From positions 4,534 to 68,533 of the forward strand of contig DATDZA010000026.1 of the NCBI GenBank assembly GCA_035288865.1: 64,000 nt of DNA, given 5' to 3'. Made by a program: the position numbers and the translations under genes. Positions 35,513 to 45,140 of the stretch are shown here, one piece after another. How positions within the stretch are numbered: the stretch's first letter is position 1; every line of letters begins with the position of its first letter. Under the pieces are notes generated by a model that worked only from the letters and a program-made list of their open reading frames with translations, searched no databases and had not been told where the DNA came from. The stretch comes from Candidatus Nanoarchaeia archaeon. Lineage in GTDB: Archaea; Nanobdellota; Nanobdellia; Woesearchaeales; GW2011-AR4.

Positions 35513-38500
35513 ATGAATGCAAATAAAGGCAATTTTTATTTTAGTGGTTTACAGAATATAATTTTGTACTCTGTACTTATAGCCTTATCGTTTGTTTTAA
35601 TTTCAAGCCCTATTTTTGCTCAAGGAAGCCAGGGAGTGATCGTAAGGGTTACAGGCTTTGATCCAGTTACTAACGTATACAATTTTTCCTGCATAACGCC
35701 AGCCAAAACGCCTGCAAGTAATATGGCAAATGAAAAGTATTTTGACATTGATCCCAATCCATCATTTTATCCAAAAAAATATAATTTAAGGTCTCCTGAT
35801 GATAATGTAACATGGCACCTTGACCCTTTAAATTTTACAGAAGAGGTCCATAGTAACGCAATGTATCACATTTATTGTGAGATACAAAATTTTACAGCGC
35901 CAAACGGTTCTCAAAATTTAGCTTCTGAATTTCATGTTGATTTGCGGACAACCCACAATCAAAAAGAGCCAAACATTTATGTAATTGATTCTGAAGGTCC
36001 GAGAGTAACGCTAAAATGTGACCCGCCGCCTGGTGTAAAAAGGTATTCCATAAATTGGAAGCTAAGGGAACGGGGAAACACTATTTCTTATCCACAACTG
36101 GCCGACAAAAGAATTGTTAATATTACAACTCCAAGGTCTACGGCCGGATGGGATGTTGTATGCGACGTTACAGACAAAGACACAGGCAAATTTTCCACAT
36201 GGGATATGCCAATTGAGTTTTTTCCAAGTGGGCCGGCATATATTCCGACTATTGAGGGTTGCGTCGCTAACGAGCCATGCACCTGGGCCCCTAATATTAA
36301 CGGAGTTCCTTTGAATGGAAGTTTAATTGTTAATGTAACTCTTAATTCATCTCCTGCGGTGGTAAACTTATACATAAATGAGGTTTTCAAGGGCACTACA
36401 ACTCTCTCTGGATTCTTAACCATACAAAACATTACACCGGGCCTTCATAATTTAGTTATTAAAAAAGCCGGTTACGAAGAGATAAGCACTTTAATTCCCA
36501 TTGCATCCGGCAAAGAATTATACAGGAATTATTCCATAAGCGAGAATGTAAGTGAGCCGGTAACTTCGCAATGCTTTAATTCTGTTTCCACAATTCCAGC
36601 AAACTGCACTTCTGGAACTTTCATAACCGATTCTGCAAGTGGAAACTGTAGAACTCTGGTGTGTTCAAATGGTAGCTCGAGCATGCAGATTCTTTCATGC
36701 GACAAACCTGATAATTTGACGACGAAACAATTTTTCGAGCTATATAAACAATCCAAAGTTGGAACGGCTGTAACTCAAATATGTATTGGAAATACGTGCA
36801 TCAAAGACGGCGGATATGCAAAAAGCGATAATTTTCCGATATGTGTGGGAAATGCAACATCGCAAGGGCCCTTTAACGGCAGTCTTAGGGTTTCGACGAA
36901 TCCAAATCTTGCTGACATATATCTTAACGGCGCCTTTATAGATAACTCCGGGCTTATTGGTTTGCTAACCATTAATAATTTAATTCCGGGAAATTATCAA
37001 TTGCTTGTGAATAAGACGGACTATAAACCCAATTTAAGCCAGGTAATAATTGCAGCCGGTCAGCTTAAGGATGTTCAAATAAATTTAGTCCCAGAATCTT
37101 CACCGTCCAATACAACTGAAAATAATGCAACTAACTCAACAAATACGAACGTTACAACAAATGTAACTACAGTTTGTTTTTCTTCATTATCGACCTTGCC
37201 AGTAAATTGCAGCGGGGGAATTATTATGCAAAATGGATCTTCTGGCAACGGCAGAACAATTGTATGCACAAACGGGACAGACAGCATGAAAGTTCAGGGA
37301 TGGGAAAAGCCAGACAGCGGTGTAAAACAATATTTTGATTTGTATAAGCAATCGCAAGTTGGTTCAACAAAATTCCAGATATGCATAGGCACAACTTGCA
37401 TTAAAGACGGCGGATACGCAAAAAGCACGAATTATCCAATATGCATGAATCAAACAACACAAACGAACCCAACACCCCCCGTATCAATTCAAAATGCATC
37501 TTTAAATATTACAACAGTCCCATCAATAGCTGACGTTTATTTAAACGCAGTACTATTAGGAACAACTGATTCGAGCGGAAATTTAATAGTTAAAAATATT
37601 ACACCAGGAAACTATAATTTAATGGTAAAAAAATCAAATTACATTGATAACAGCAGCTCAATAATATTAAATCCGGGACAAAATTTATCGCTGAATAGAA
37701 CTTTGGCTCAGAGTACGAATAATCCTGTAAATGTAGATTCTTCAAAAGAAGTATTTGTTAGAATTGTGTCAGCAGATCCAGCAACGAGAACATACACTTT
37801 TAGCTGCAGGACCTATCCTGAAACTCCATTTGTTAAGGACTGGTTTATACGGCCGGATGATGGTGATAGTTTTTTTGACGATCCTGAAGAGAATATAACC
37901 CAAGATCTGCCTTCAAATGAATTCTTCACTTATACATTCAAGAATAACACGTTTTATCATATTAGTTGCCTTGTAGTTAATAGCTCAAATTTTAGTGATG
38001 TTGAAAGAGGAGATGTTCATATCGACCTAAGAAATTATTCATGGAATCCGCAAGTTGTCCCTCTAAGCGGAGACGGATTAACTGCTTCATACGAATGCAG
38101 ATATAACAGTTCAGATTATAATGTAGAATGGCAAATGTTTAATGCTGAAACCAATCAGTATAGCCAATTGGGTACAAATAAGATAATAACTTCAACAGTA
38201 CCGACCTCCGGAAATTATGATTATTTTTGTAACGTTAACGGGCAGAGTTTTAGGACAGGTTTGCCAATTGAATACTTCGACCAGGGAGCTCCTTATTTCC
38301 CGGATAAATTTGGAATTCCAGATGGAATAAAGCATGTATGGGTAAGAAATAATACAGCAAACAAACATAGTAAAGAACCAGTTATTGTAAGAGTTACAAA
38401 TTATAACTCCACTAAAAGAAATTATTCATTCTCATGCAACGTTGCAGTAAATGGTTTTACGACTCAAAAGCATTGGACTATAAGGGCAGGAGTTCCACAA

Positions 38501-41350
38501 GCTGATGCTCTATTTGACACTGAATCAAATCAAATATCGTATATATTAAATAAGGACGTTCTATATCATATTGGATGTGAAATTAACAATATCTCGAATT
38601 TCTCTCATGTTATCAGGGGAGATTTTCACGTTGAAAGAACTCTTCAAAGAAATTTTAGTTTGCCTGAAATCAACGTGCTTGATTCGAATGGATTATATTC
38701 AAGGCTTCAATGCAATCTTCCGACAAATATAACAAATTATGATTTGAGATGGAGATTAATTAATTACGAGCTGGATAATGAATTAAGCCAGTTTAATAAT
38801 AAATTAGTCATAAATTATACATTACCGTACGCCGGCTTATGGGATTATTCATGTATAGTTGACAACTTGGATGATTCAAATATACCGGAACAAATGATTT
38901 ATCCAATAGAATATTTCGATTCTGGTCCAGCTTATGTTCCAAATGAAAACGGTTGTGTTCCAAATGAGCCATGTCCATGGAAAAATCAAAACAATCAATC
39001 TAATGCAACAGGAACAAACACCCCACCTCAAGCACCAACTTGGCTTGAACCTTCACAGAATAAGATGAATATGGATCCTGTAGATTTCCACATACATGTA
39101 TTTCCAATGGTGGATGTAGAAAATGATGCCCATGTAGCTAGTGATTTTGAGATTTGGGATAATGAGTCAAACCAAAGAGTTTGGAGTTCACTGTACAATA
39201 AAGTTATACGAGAGCATATACATAATGCTGATGGAACATTTGAAGGGAGTTTATCAGGCAATAACAAATTACTTTCAAACCATAGCTATCAAGTAAGAGC
39301 ACGGTTTTATGAAAACGCGCCGATAAATAACATTAGCAATTGGAGTGAATGGAGATATTTCAAAACTAAGGCTCCATTTACCATTTCAAGTAATTTTAGC
39401 TGGACTGCCCAGCCTGGATATAAGATAGAGAAAGTTGCGTCCAACATTAGCTTTCCAGTAAATATCTATATGGCGCCTGACCTCTATTCACATCTTCCAG
39501 AAGGGGAACAACCGCTTCTTTACGTAACTCAGCTTTACGGCCAAATTGGAATGATCAAGAAAAACGGACAATATGTTCCCTATGCCACAAATTTATTGAA
39601 TTATCCACCAGGTGTACTTCCAGGAACTGGTGAATCTGGAGTCGTAGGATTGTATGTTGATGATTTAACAGGTGACCTTTTCGTGAGTTTGGTTTATATG
39701 ACCCCTAATGGTGTATTGAGGGGAAAAGTCGTTAAGTTCGTGACAAACAATGATGGAAACACTTTCGTAAATAACATGACCATACTTAACAACATATCAG
39801 TTGATTTTTCACATCAAGTACAAAGCATAACAAGAGGTCCTGACGGAAAGCTATATTTGAATACAGGAGACGCAAATACGCTAACTAATTATACATTAGG
39901 AGAAGGCACTAGCCTCAGCGCGACTAAGGATGTGACACAACTACAAGGCAAGGTCTTGAGATTCAATGAAGATGGTAGTATACCTGTTGACAATCCATAT
40001 CCAGGAACATATACTTATGCAGGAGGCTTTAGAAATCCTTTTGGGGCAGCTTGGCGCCCTGTAGCTAATGAGCTTTTTGTCACAAACAATGGAGCTGATT
40101 CAAATGATGGTATCTATCAAGTTAAACCTGGCGATATTTATGGGCATTGCTGCGATACAGCAACTGGAACTTGGCATCTTTGGCCTAACACCACCGCTCC
40201 AACCCAAGCTGTATTCAATCCTGGAATTGTTGGATTTCCGCACGATACTCATGGCAATTTATTTGTAGCTTTGTCCGGACCGACTTATAAAGAAGGACCC
40301 GACCCTGAAGGTAAAAAGATAGTCAAATTTACTTTTCAACCAAATGGAAGTCGTGGAACTGTTGAAGATTTTGTTGTTTATACAGGAACAGGCTATAGCG
40401 CCCCTATTGGTCTTGCTTTTGGTGAAGATGGGTTATATTTTACAGATATTTATGGAAAATTAGGAATAACTGATTGGCCAGTTACAAGCGGAAATATTTT
40501 TAGAGTTGTTCTTGGAGATCAAACAGAAGATCCAGACCCTACAACTACATTTATTGCAGCATTGGCGCCGAAACCATGGTATCCAAAATATCTTGATGTT
40601 GTATGGGAATGCAAGACAAGTGGAGGGAGCGGCAGTTACTCATACAGTTATTATTTTGGGGATGGGCAAACTCAGCTGAACTATAATCAAGATAATACAG
40701 AACATATCTATTCTGCGTCAGGAACTTACGCTGCAAATTGCAGTGTTTTCGATTTAATTACATTCAAAACAACTATCGCAAAAAATACAATAACCCTACA
40801 ATCAAATTCACCTCCCCCTCCTCCATCAACCCAAGCAAATGGCTCACTTCAAGTTAATTCAATACCCAACTTTACAAATATATTCCTTGACAATGTGCCT
40901 AAGGGGTTTACTGACGTAAACGGACAATTGTTACTTAAAGACCTCCTACCACAAAATTATAATTTAAAACTTACAAAAACTAATTATCAAGACTCTTCAT
41001 CAATAATTAACATATTATCAAACCAGACTTTGATATTTAATGTAACTCTTAACAAAGTGAGTAGTTCGAATTGTTATTCAAGTGTTGTTGACATACCTCA
41101 GAGTTCCATATCTTGTGCAGGGGGTACGATAACAACTGACAATCCAAGTGGCAGTTGCAGGACACTAATATGCAGCGACAGTGGAAACAGCATGCAGGTA
41201 ATGGCATGCAACAAGCCCGACTCAGGAGATCCGTTAAATTTTGAGATGTACAAGCAAGGAACTACCGGAAGCGGCATCACGCAGATATGCATAGGAACAA
41301 CATGTATAGCCGATGGCGGATATGCCAAAAGTTCTGATTTGTGTACTTGA
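35513..41350 (+). CDS. giant secreted multidomain protein (1945 aa): 3 copies of an unknown module of about 190-220 aa, 4 PEGA-like domains, 3 novel 8-Cys modules, a glucose/sorbosone-dehydrogenase-like beta-propeller and a PKD domain
   Basis: Signal peptide. The propeller region (about 39395..40520) has GKVLRFNEDGSIPVDNPYP...GGFRNPFGAAWRP...DGIYQVKPGDIYG. PKD-like YYFGDGQT..HIYSASGTYAANCSVFD. Many N-x-S/T sequons. Confidence 0.8.
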   Translation: MNANKGNFYFSGLQNIILYSVLIALSFVLISSPIFAQGSQGVIVRVTGFDPVTNVYNFSCITPAKTPASNMANEKYFDIDPNPSFYPKKYNLRSPDDNVTWHLDPLNFTEEVHSNAMYHIYCEIQNFTAPNGSQNLASEFHVDLRTTHNQKEPNIYVIDSEGPRVTLKCDPPPGVKRYSINWKLRERGNTISYPQLADKRIVNITTPRSTAGWDVVCDVTDKDTGKFSTWDMPIEFFPSGPAYIPTIEGCVANEPCTWAPNINGVPLNGSLIVNVTLNSSPAVVNLYINEVFKGTTTLSGFLTIQNITPGLHNLVIKKAGYEEISTLIPIASGKELYRNYSISENVSEPVTSQCFNSVSTIPANCTSGTFITDSASGNCRTLVCSNGSSSMQILSCDKPDNLTTKQFFELYKQSKVGTAVTQICIGNTCIKDGGYAKSDNFPICVGNATSQGPFNGSLRVSTNPNLADIYLNGAFIDNSGLIGLLTINNLIPGNYQLLVNKTDYKPNLSQVIIAAGQLKDVQINLVPESSPSNTTENNATNSTNTNVTTNVTTVCFSSLSTLPVNCSGGIIMQNGSSGNGRTIVCTNGTDSMKVQGWEKPDSGVKQYFDLYKQSQVGSTKFQICIGTTCIKDGGYAKSTNYPICMNQTTQTNPTPPVSIQNASLNITTVPSIADVYLNAVLLGTTDSSGNLIVKNITPGNYNLMVKKSNYIDNSSSIILNPGQNLSLNRTLAQSTNNPVNVDSSKEVFVRIVSADPATRTYTFSCRTYPETPFVKDWFIRPDDGDSFFDDPEENITQDLPSNEFFTYTFKNNTFYHISCLVVNSSNFSDVERGDVHIDLRNYSWNPQVVPLSGDGLTASYECRYNSSDYNVEWQMFNAETNQYSQLGTNKIITSTVPTSGNYDYFCNVNGQSFRTGLPIEYFDQGAPYFPDKFGIPDGIKHVWVRNNTANKHSKEPVIVRVTNYNSTKRNYSFSCNVAVNGFTTQKHWTIRAGVPQADALFDTESNQISYILNKDVLYHIGCEINNISNFSHVIRGDFHVERTLQRNFSLPEINVLDSNGLYSRLQCNLPTNITNYDLRWRLINYELDNELSQFNNKLVINYTLPYAGLWDYSCIVDNLDDSNIPEQMIYPIEYFDSGPAYVPNENGCVPNEPCPWKNQNNQSNATGTNTPPQAPTWLEPSQNKMNMDPVDFHIHVFPMVDVENDAHVASDFEIWDNESNQRVWSSLYNKVIREHIHNADGTFEGSLSGNNKLLSNHSYQVRARFYENAPINNISNWSEWRYFKTKAPFTISSNFSWTAQPGYKIEKVASNISFPVNIYMAPDLYSHLPEGEQPLLYVTQLYGQIGMIKKNGQYVPYATNLLNYPPGVLPGTGESGVVGLYVDDLTGDLFVSLVYMTPNGVLRGKVVKFVTNNDGNTFVNNMTILNNISVDFSHQVQSITRGPDGKLYLNTGDANTLTNYTLGEGTSLSATKDVTQLQGKVLRFNEDGSIPVDNPYPGTYTYAGGFRNPFGAAWRPVANELFVTNNGADSNDGIYQVKPGDIYGHCCDTATGTWHLWPNTTAPTQAVFNPGIVGFPHDTHGNLFVALSGPTYKEGPDPEGKKIVKFTFQPNGSRGTVEDFVVYTGTGYSAPIGLAFGEDGLYFTDIYGKLGITDWPVTSGNIFRVVLGDQTEDPDPTTTFIAALAPKPWYPKYLDVVWECKTSGGSGSYSYSYYFGDGQTQLNYNQDNTEHIYSASGTYAANCSVFDLITFKTTIAKNTITLQSNSPPPPPSTQANGSLQVNSIPNFTNIFLDNVPKGFTDVNGQLLLKDLLPQNYNLKLTKTNYQDSSSIINILSNQTLIFNVTLNKVSSSNCYSSVVDIPQSSISCAGGTITTDNPSGSCRTLICSDSGNSMQVMACNKPDSGDPLNFEMYKQGTTGSGITQICIGTTCIADGGYAKSSDLCT

Positions 41351-41427
41351 CTAAGTATTAAGTTAATGGAACAACCGTAACCAAGAAAACTACTTTTAGA
41401 ATATTTAACTAATTGTGATAAAATTAT

Positions 41428-44229
41428 TCATCCAAATTTTCTTAGCACAAAGAAAATTATTAAAAATAAAGATATGAACCCTACTGGTATTATTGCAAGA
41501 AGTGGGCTCAATTTGTCACTTGCTTTTTGATAAGTTATGCCTGCCACTTTTTGTAAGTCAGCAACAACAGGTGCCGTCGTTATTAATTTAATTCCGCTTT
41601 TCGTATTGGCTACAAAATCATTTGACATTGCATAGACTGTACTAAAACTTGCAATTTCCCCAGAATCCGGAAGCTTTACTAAGTATACTATAAACGGGCT
41701 GGGGTCAATTGCTGTAAACTCCCATATCAATGCCCTACCGTTCTGAAAAAATTTTAAAGTGTTGCTGGATTCATCGGCACCCACAACTGACCAGTCAGTA
41801 ATTATTGCCCCTTCTGGCAAGAGCTCATTAATGATAACTTTTTCATTTTGCCTTACATTGTTTAAAGCAAGTCGTATCGGGACAAGTTGGCTGTAACCTG
41901 CTACACTTGGCAGATCTCTAATTAACTCATTTGCCCAATTACCGGAAGATGGCTCACCTAGATTTTCGTTAGCTGATTCTAATGATTGTTCGGCTTGAAA
42001 TGAATCCACAATACTGGGTACTGCAAATCCGGAGCCTCCTGAGCCGCCAGATGATTGCGAAGAATCCTGATTTGTCCTTTCAGGAGCCGAGGGGCTTGCT
42101 GACGGCTCTTCTATTTCTTCTGTAGGTTTTGGGATGTTACAAATACTTCCCTCATCAATTTCATTGTTGCAATTGTTGTCAATATTATCACATACCTCTG
42201 GAGAGGGTTTGCATACCGGTACTGTTGGCTCGCACACATTCCCTTCGTCAATTTGCCCGTCGCAGTTGTTATCGGTGCCATCACATACCTCTGTCAAGGG
42301 AACACAAGCCTTTTTCGAGCTTGAACCGAGGGAGAACTTGGAAAAACCGTAACTCTCATTTACACATCCTTGATCTAAACAAACTTTGAAAATTGCGTTA
42401 GCCGGCGCAATCTGTCTGTACATTTCAATTATCCCCCCCTTGTCACACCCTTGAACTTTCAATTTCCCTTGTGATGACTCGTATTGTATGGTTCTACAGA
42501 CTCCGGAAGATACATCGCTTGTAAGTGTGCAGAGCTCATTGTTGACGAAGCAGGATTGGGACAAAGAAGCAATTGATAAATCAGAATTTACAGAACACAC
42601 ATTCCCTTCGTCAATTTGCCCATTGCAGTTATTATCTTTTTTATCGCATATCTCAATTAAAGGAGTGCAGGTACTTTGTGGTGAACATACGTTGTTTTCA
42701 TCAGCCTGGTTATTACAATTATTGTCCTTGCCGTCACAAATCTCATCTGCAGGTAAGCAGCTAGGCGGAGTTTGGCAAATATTGTTTTCATCAATTTGTC
42801 CGTTGCAATTATTGTCTATTCCGTCACAAGTTTCGGTTGCTGGTACGCATGGATTAGGCAAGGAATTGGTATTTGTAAAAACACTTGAGTCTCTTCCTAT
42901 TCCAAATCCTAGGGCTCGTACAGCAAACGCTTTGGTATAGATACCATAACAGGGTTCATTGTCCCAGACATTAGATTTATAGTGTTTTAGTGCGTTATCA
43001 AGCGTTGGCTGGAACAACGCTGTATTGTAGCCAGATTCAAACAATGCTTGGAGCCCTTGGTAATAATAACCGCCTATTGCAGATGATGCCGCACTTCCAT
43101 CGCTATTGTATTGCAAAACTACACTATTACTATTGGAGCCGTACTTGTCTCCCCATATTTTACAGTAGTTGTCAAGACCGGGAAGTTGAAAGTTAATTAG
43201 CTTTGCATAATAATTGGCCTGACACATTCCCAGTGCCCTCGGGGCATCAGCGAAATCCCACCGGTCCGGACTGCAGGTATTTGTACAGAGAGCTTTAGGA
43301 ACCGGACCGGAAAGGTCCCATTTAAAGCTTCTTCCTGGAGGCACACTAAATTTTACGCCATCAAATTTTGCCGCCTGAAGATAATTAAGAGTTAGGTGCC
43401 TTGAAACATCGCAATATTTTTGATTTGAAGTTTGCTTGCATGCCATAAGCATAGCAATAATAGCATCGGCATAATATCCGGTGTACCCATAGTCAGTGCT
43501 TGCCAGACCACCTTTTTTAGCCTGAGAGCCAGCTGCAAGCCAATAACAAATATCCCCATATCCAAGGTCGCTGTTCCTGCAATTCTGATCAATTTCATAC
43601 GAAAGCATGTCAGAAGAAAGCTGATTTGCGAGCGCCAGGTAACTATTTTTGCTGTCAGAATTTAAGAAATATTGATTATTTGCTGCAGTATAGAGTGCAA
43701 TTATAATTCTTGCGGTAGCATCTGAGGCAGTATCACAGTTGCCGTTGACGCCGGATTTGCAAGGCTCTAATGAATTTGCATTTCTATAAATTCGCCATGC
43801 AGGAATGCTTCCAAAATTACTCTTTATTGAGCCTACAGTATTATAGAATTGATCCATTCTCTGTTGGTTTTTAGACATGGAAACAAGTATTCCAACTTGG
43901 CTGAATTCATCAGTTACCATACAGTTATGTTCATAATCTATTACGGAGCCAGAGTTGCACCCTGAACCACTTTTAAGGTCGGCTAATTCACATTTTGAGC
44001 TGGATGAATACCAAGGTATCCACATTTTATTATCCACACTCGTTACAACCTTGTTGTTTGCAAACAAGGTATTAACCAGGTCTTCGTAGTTATCATTCCT
44101 GGATTTGGAATCAAATCCTATGCTATCCGGATTCATCAAGGATGCATGGGCATAACTTGCTAGCAGCACTATAATTAGTATCAAAACCACACTGTTTGTA
44201 AAAAAAGCCTTCTTTCCCATTTTTGGCAT
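41428..44229 (-). CDS. secreted/anchored protein (933 aa): GH8-like N-terminal domain, 5 MopE-type CDGxDNNCNGQIDE repeats, 1 novel Cys module, S/G-rich linker and a C-terminal TM anchor
   Basis: TDEFSQVGILVSM, IPAWRIY and TASDATARIIIALYTA (43684..43728) parallel the BcsZ/GH8 blocks SEGQxYGML, LPAW and ASDADxxIAxAL. The C-[VLKT]-P-x3-[EI]-CD-x-xDNNC-[ND]-x-[QE]-x-DE repeats were read directly. Confidence 0.7.
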   Translation of the reverse strand: MPKMGKKAFFTNSVVLILIIVLLASYAHASLMNPDSIGFDSKSRNDNYEDLVNTLFANNKVVTSVDNKMWIPWYSSSSKCELADLKSGSGCNSGSVIDYEHNCMVTDEFSQVGILVSMSKNQQRMDQFYNTVGSIKSNFGSIPAWRIYRNANSLEPCKSGVNGNCDTASDATARIIIALYTAANNQYFLNSDSKNSYLALANQLSSDMLSYEIDQNCRNSDLGYGDICYWLAAGSQAKKGGLASTDYGYTGYYADAIIAMLMACKQTSNQKYCDVSRHLTLNYLQAAKFDGVKFSVPPGRSFKWDLSGPVPKALCTNTCSPDRWDFADAPRALGMCQANYYAKLINFQLPGLDNYCKIWGDKYGSNSNSVVLQYNSDGSAASSAIGGYYYQGLQALFESGYNTALFQPTLDNALKHYKSNVWDNEPCYGIYTKAFAVRALGFGIGRDSSVFTNTNSLPNPCVPATETCDGIDNNCNGQIDENNICQTPPSCLPADEICDGKDNNCNNQADENNVCSPQSTCTPLIEICDKKDNNCNGQIDEGNVCSVNSDLSIASLSQSCFVNNELCTLTSDVSSGVCRTIQYESSQGKLKVQGCDKGGIIEMYRQIAPANAIFKVCLDQGCVNESYGFSKFSLGSSSKKACVPLTEVCDGTDNNCDGQIDEGNVCEPTVPVCKPSPEVCDNIDNNCNNEIDEGSICNIPKPTEEIEEPSASPSAPERTNQDSSQSSGGSGGSGFAVPSIVDSFQAEQSLESANENLGEPSSGNWANELIRDLPSVAGYSQLVPIRLALNNVRQNEKVIINELLPEGAIITDWSVVGADESSNTLKFFQNGRALIWEFTAIDPSPFIVYLVKLPDSGEIASFSTVYAMSNDFVANTKSGIKLITTAPVVADLQKVAGITYQKASDKLSPLLAIIPVGFISLFLIIFFVLRKFG

Positions 44230-44395
44230 GATAAATTGCGACTAGTATATATTAATATCGAAAGTGTTGAAAAAGGTATACTAGACTATAAAAGTTATAC
44301 GCGTTATTTATAAACATTTCTATTTTAGAACCCAAAGCCGAATAATTCACCATATATCTTTATAAACAAGTTATTGCTTTATAAGGTCGTTTACA

Positions 44396-44965
44396 ATGAA
44401 AAAAAGAGCCGATTTTGATCGCGAGTTGAATGAATATATAAAAAAACAGCTAAAAAATGGGCACGATGAGAAATCAATCCGCAAAGTTATGCTTAAATGT
44501 GGGTATGATAAGCCAAGAATTGATTTTCTGTTTCAGAGACATTATACTGCTCAAAAGACACAAAAATATGCCTTGGCTGCAATGACAGTTGCTTTTTTGA
44601 TAGTTTTTTCCTTAGTTTTTCCCATTCATAATAAATCCGACATAACTGCCCAGATTATTAAACAAGAACAATATCAGGCAAAGACTAATACTTCAAATAG
44701 CCCTCCGCTCTGGCAAGGCGAGAGTATTTTTTATATGAACACTTCCCTTACGCTAAATCTCAGTCAATTTTTTATAGACCCGGAAAGCGATAAGCTAATT
44801 TTTAACATAGCCTCGGAGCCGATTTTAAATGAGTCGATTAAAGGTAATATTGTAATCTTTGCGGACAATAATGGTACGTGGGATAACATATCCACCATTG
44901 TTACAGCTTATGATGGGTGGAATCTGGTTACTAAAGAGATAAATATAGTTCATCAAAATAAATAA
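44396..44965 (+). CDS. hypothetical bitopic membrane protein with a small extracellular Ig/cadherin-like domain
   Basis: Central TM (YALAAMTVAFLIVFSLVF). LNLSQFFIDPESDKLIFN resembles dystroglycan/cadherin-like repeats. This is a weak match. Confidence 0.45.
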   Translation: MKKRADFDRELNEYIKKQLKNGHDEKSIRKVMLKCGYDKPRIDFLFQRHYTAQKTQKYALAAMTVAFLIVFSLVFPIHNKSDITAQIIKQEQYQAKTNTSNSPPLWQGESIFYMNTSLTLNLSQFFIDPESDKLIFNIASEPILNESIKGNIVIFADNNGTWDNISTIVTAYDGWNLVTKEINIVHQNK

Positions 44966-45140
44966 TCTGATTCTAAGATATTGCAGACATTACTGACTAT
45001 TAAAGTTAATTACAGGCGCTACAAAAAATTAGTAAATAAATCTTACTTAAGCTTAGTGAATAAAAATCGTTACCACAATTTAGTAAATAATAACCAAAGG
45101 TTTAAATAGGCAAATCTATTCCCAATTATGGGGTAGTTTC

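Noticed and set aside
41428-41520. A PGF-CTERM/archaeosortase-type sorting signal at the C-termini of the anchored surface proteins. The candidates are IIPVGFISLFLIIFFVLRKFG here and PTAIGFGTVIVML in 24851..29368.
   Set aside because: Neither has an exact PGF tripeptide, and no archaeosortase gene is in the window. A plain C-terminal TM anchor explains the sequence equally well.
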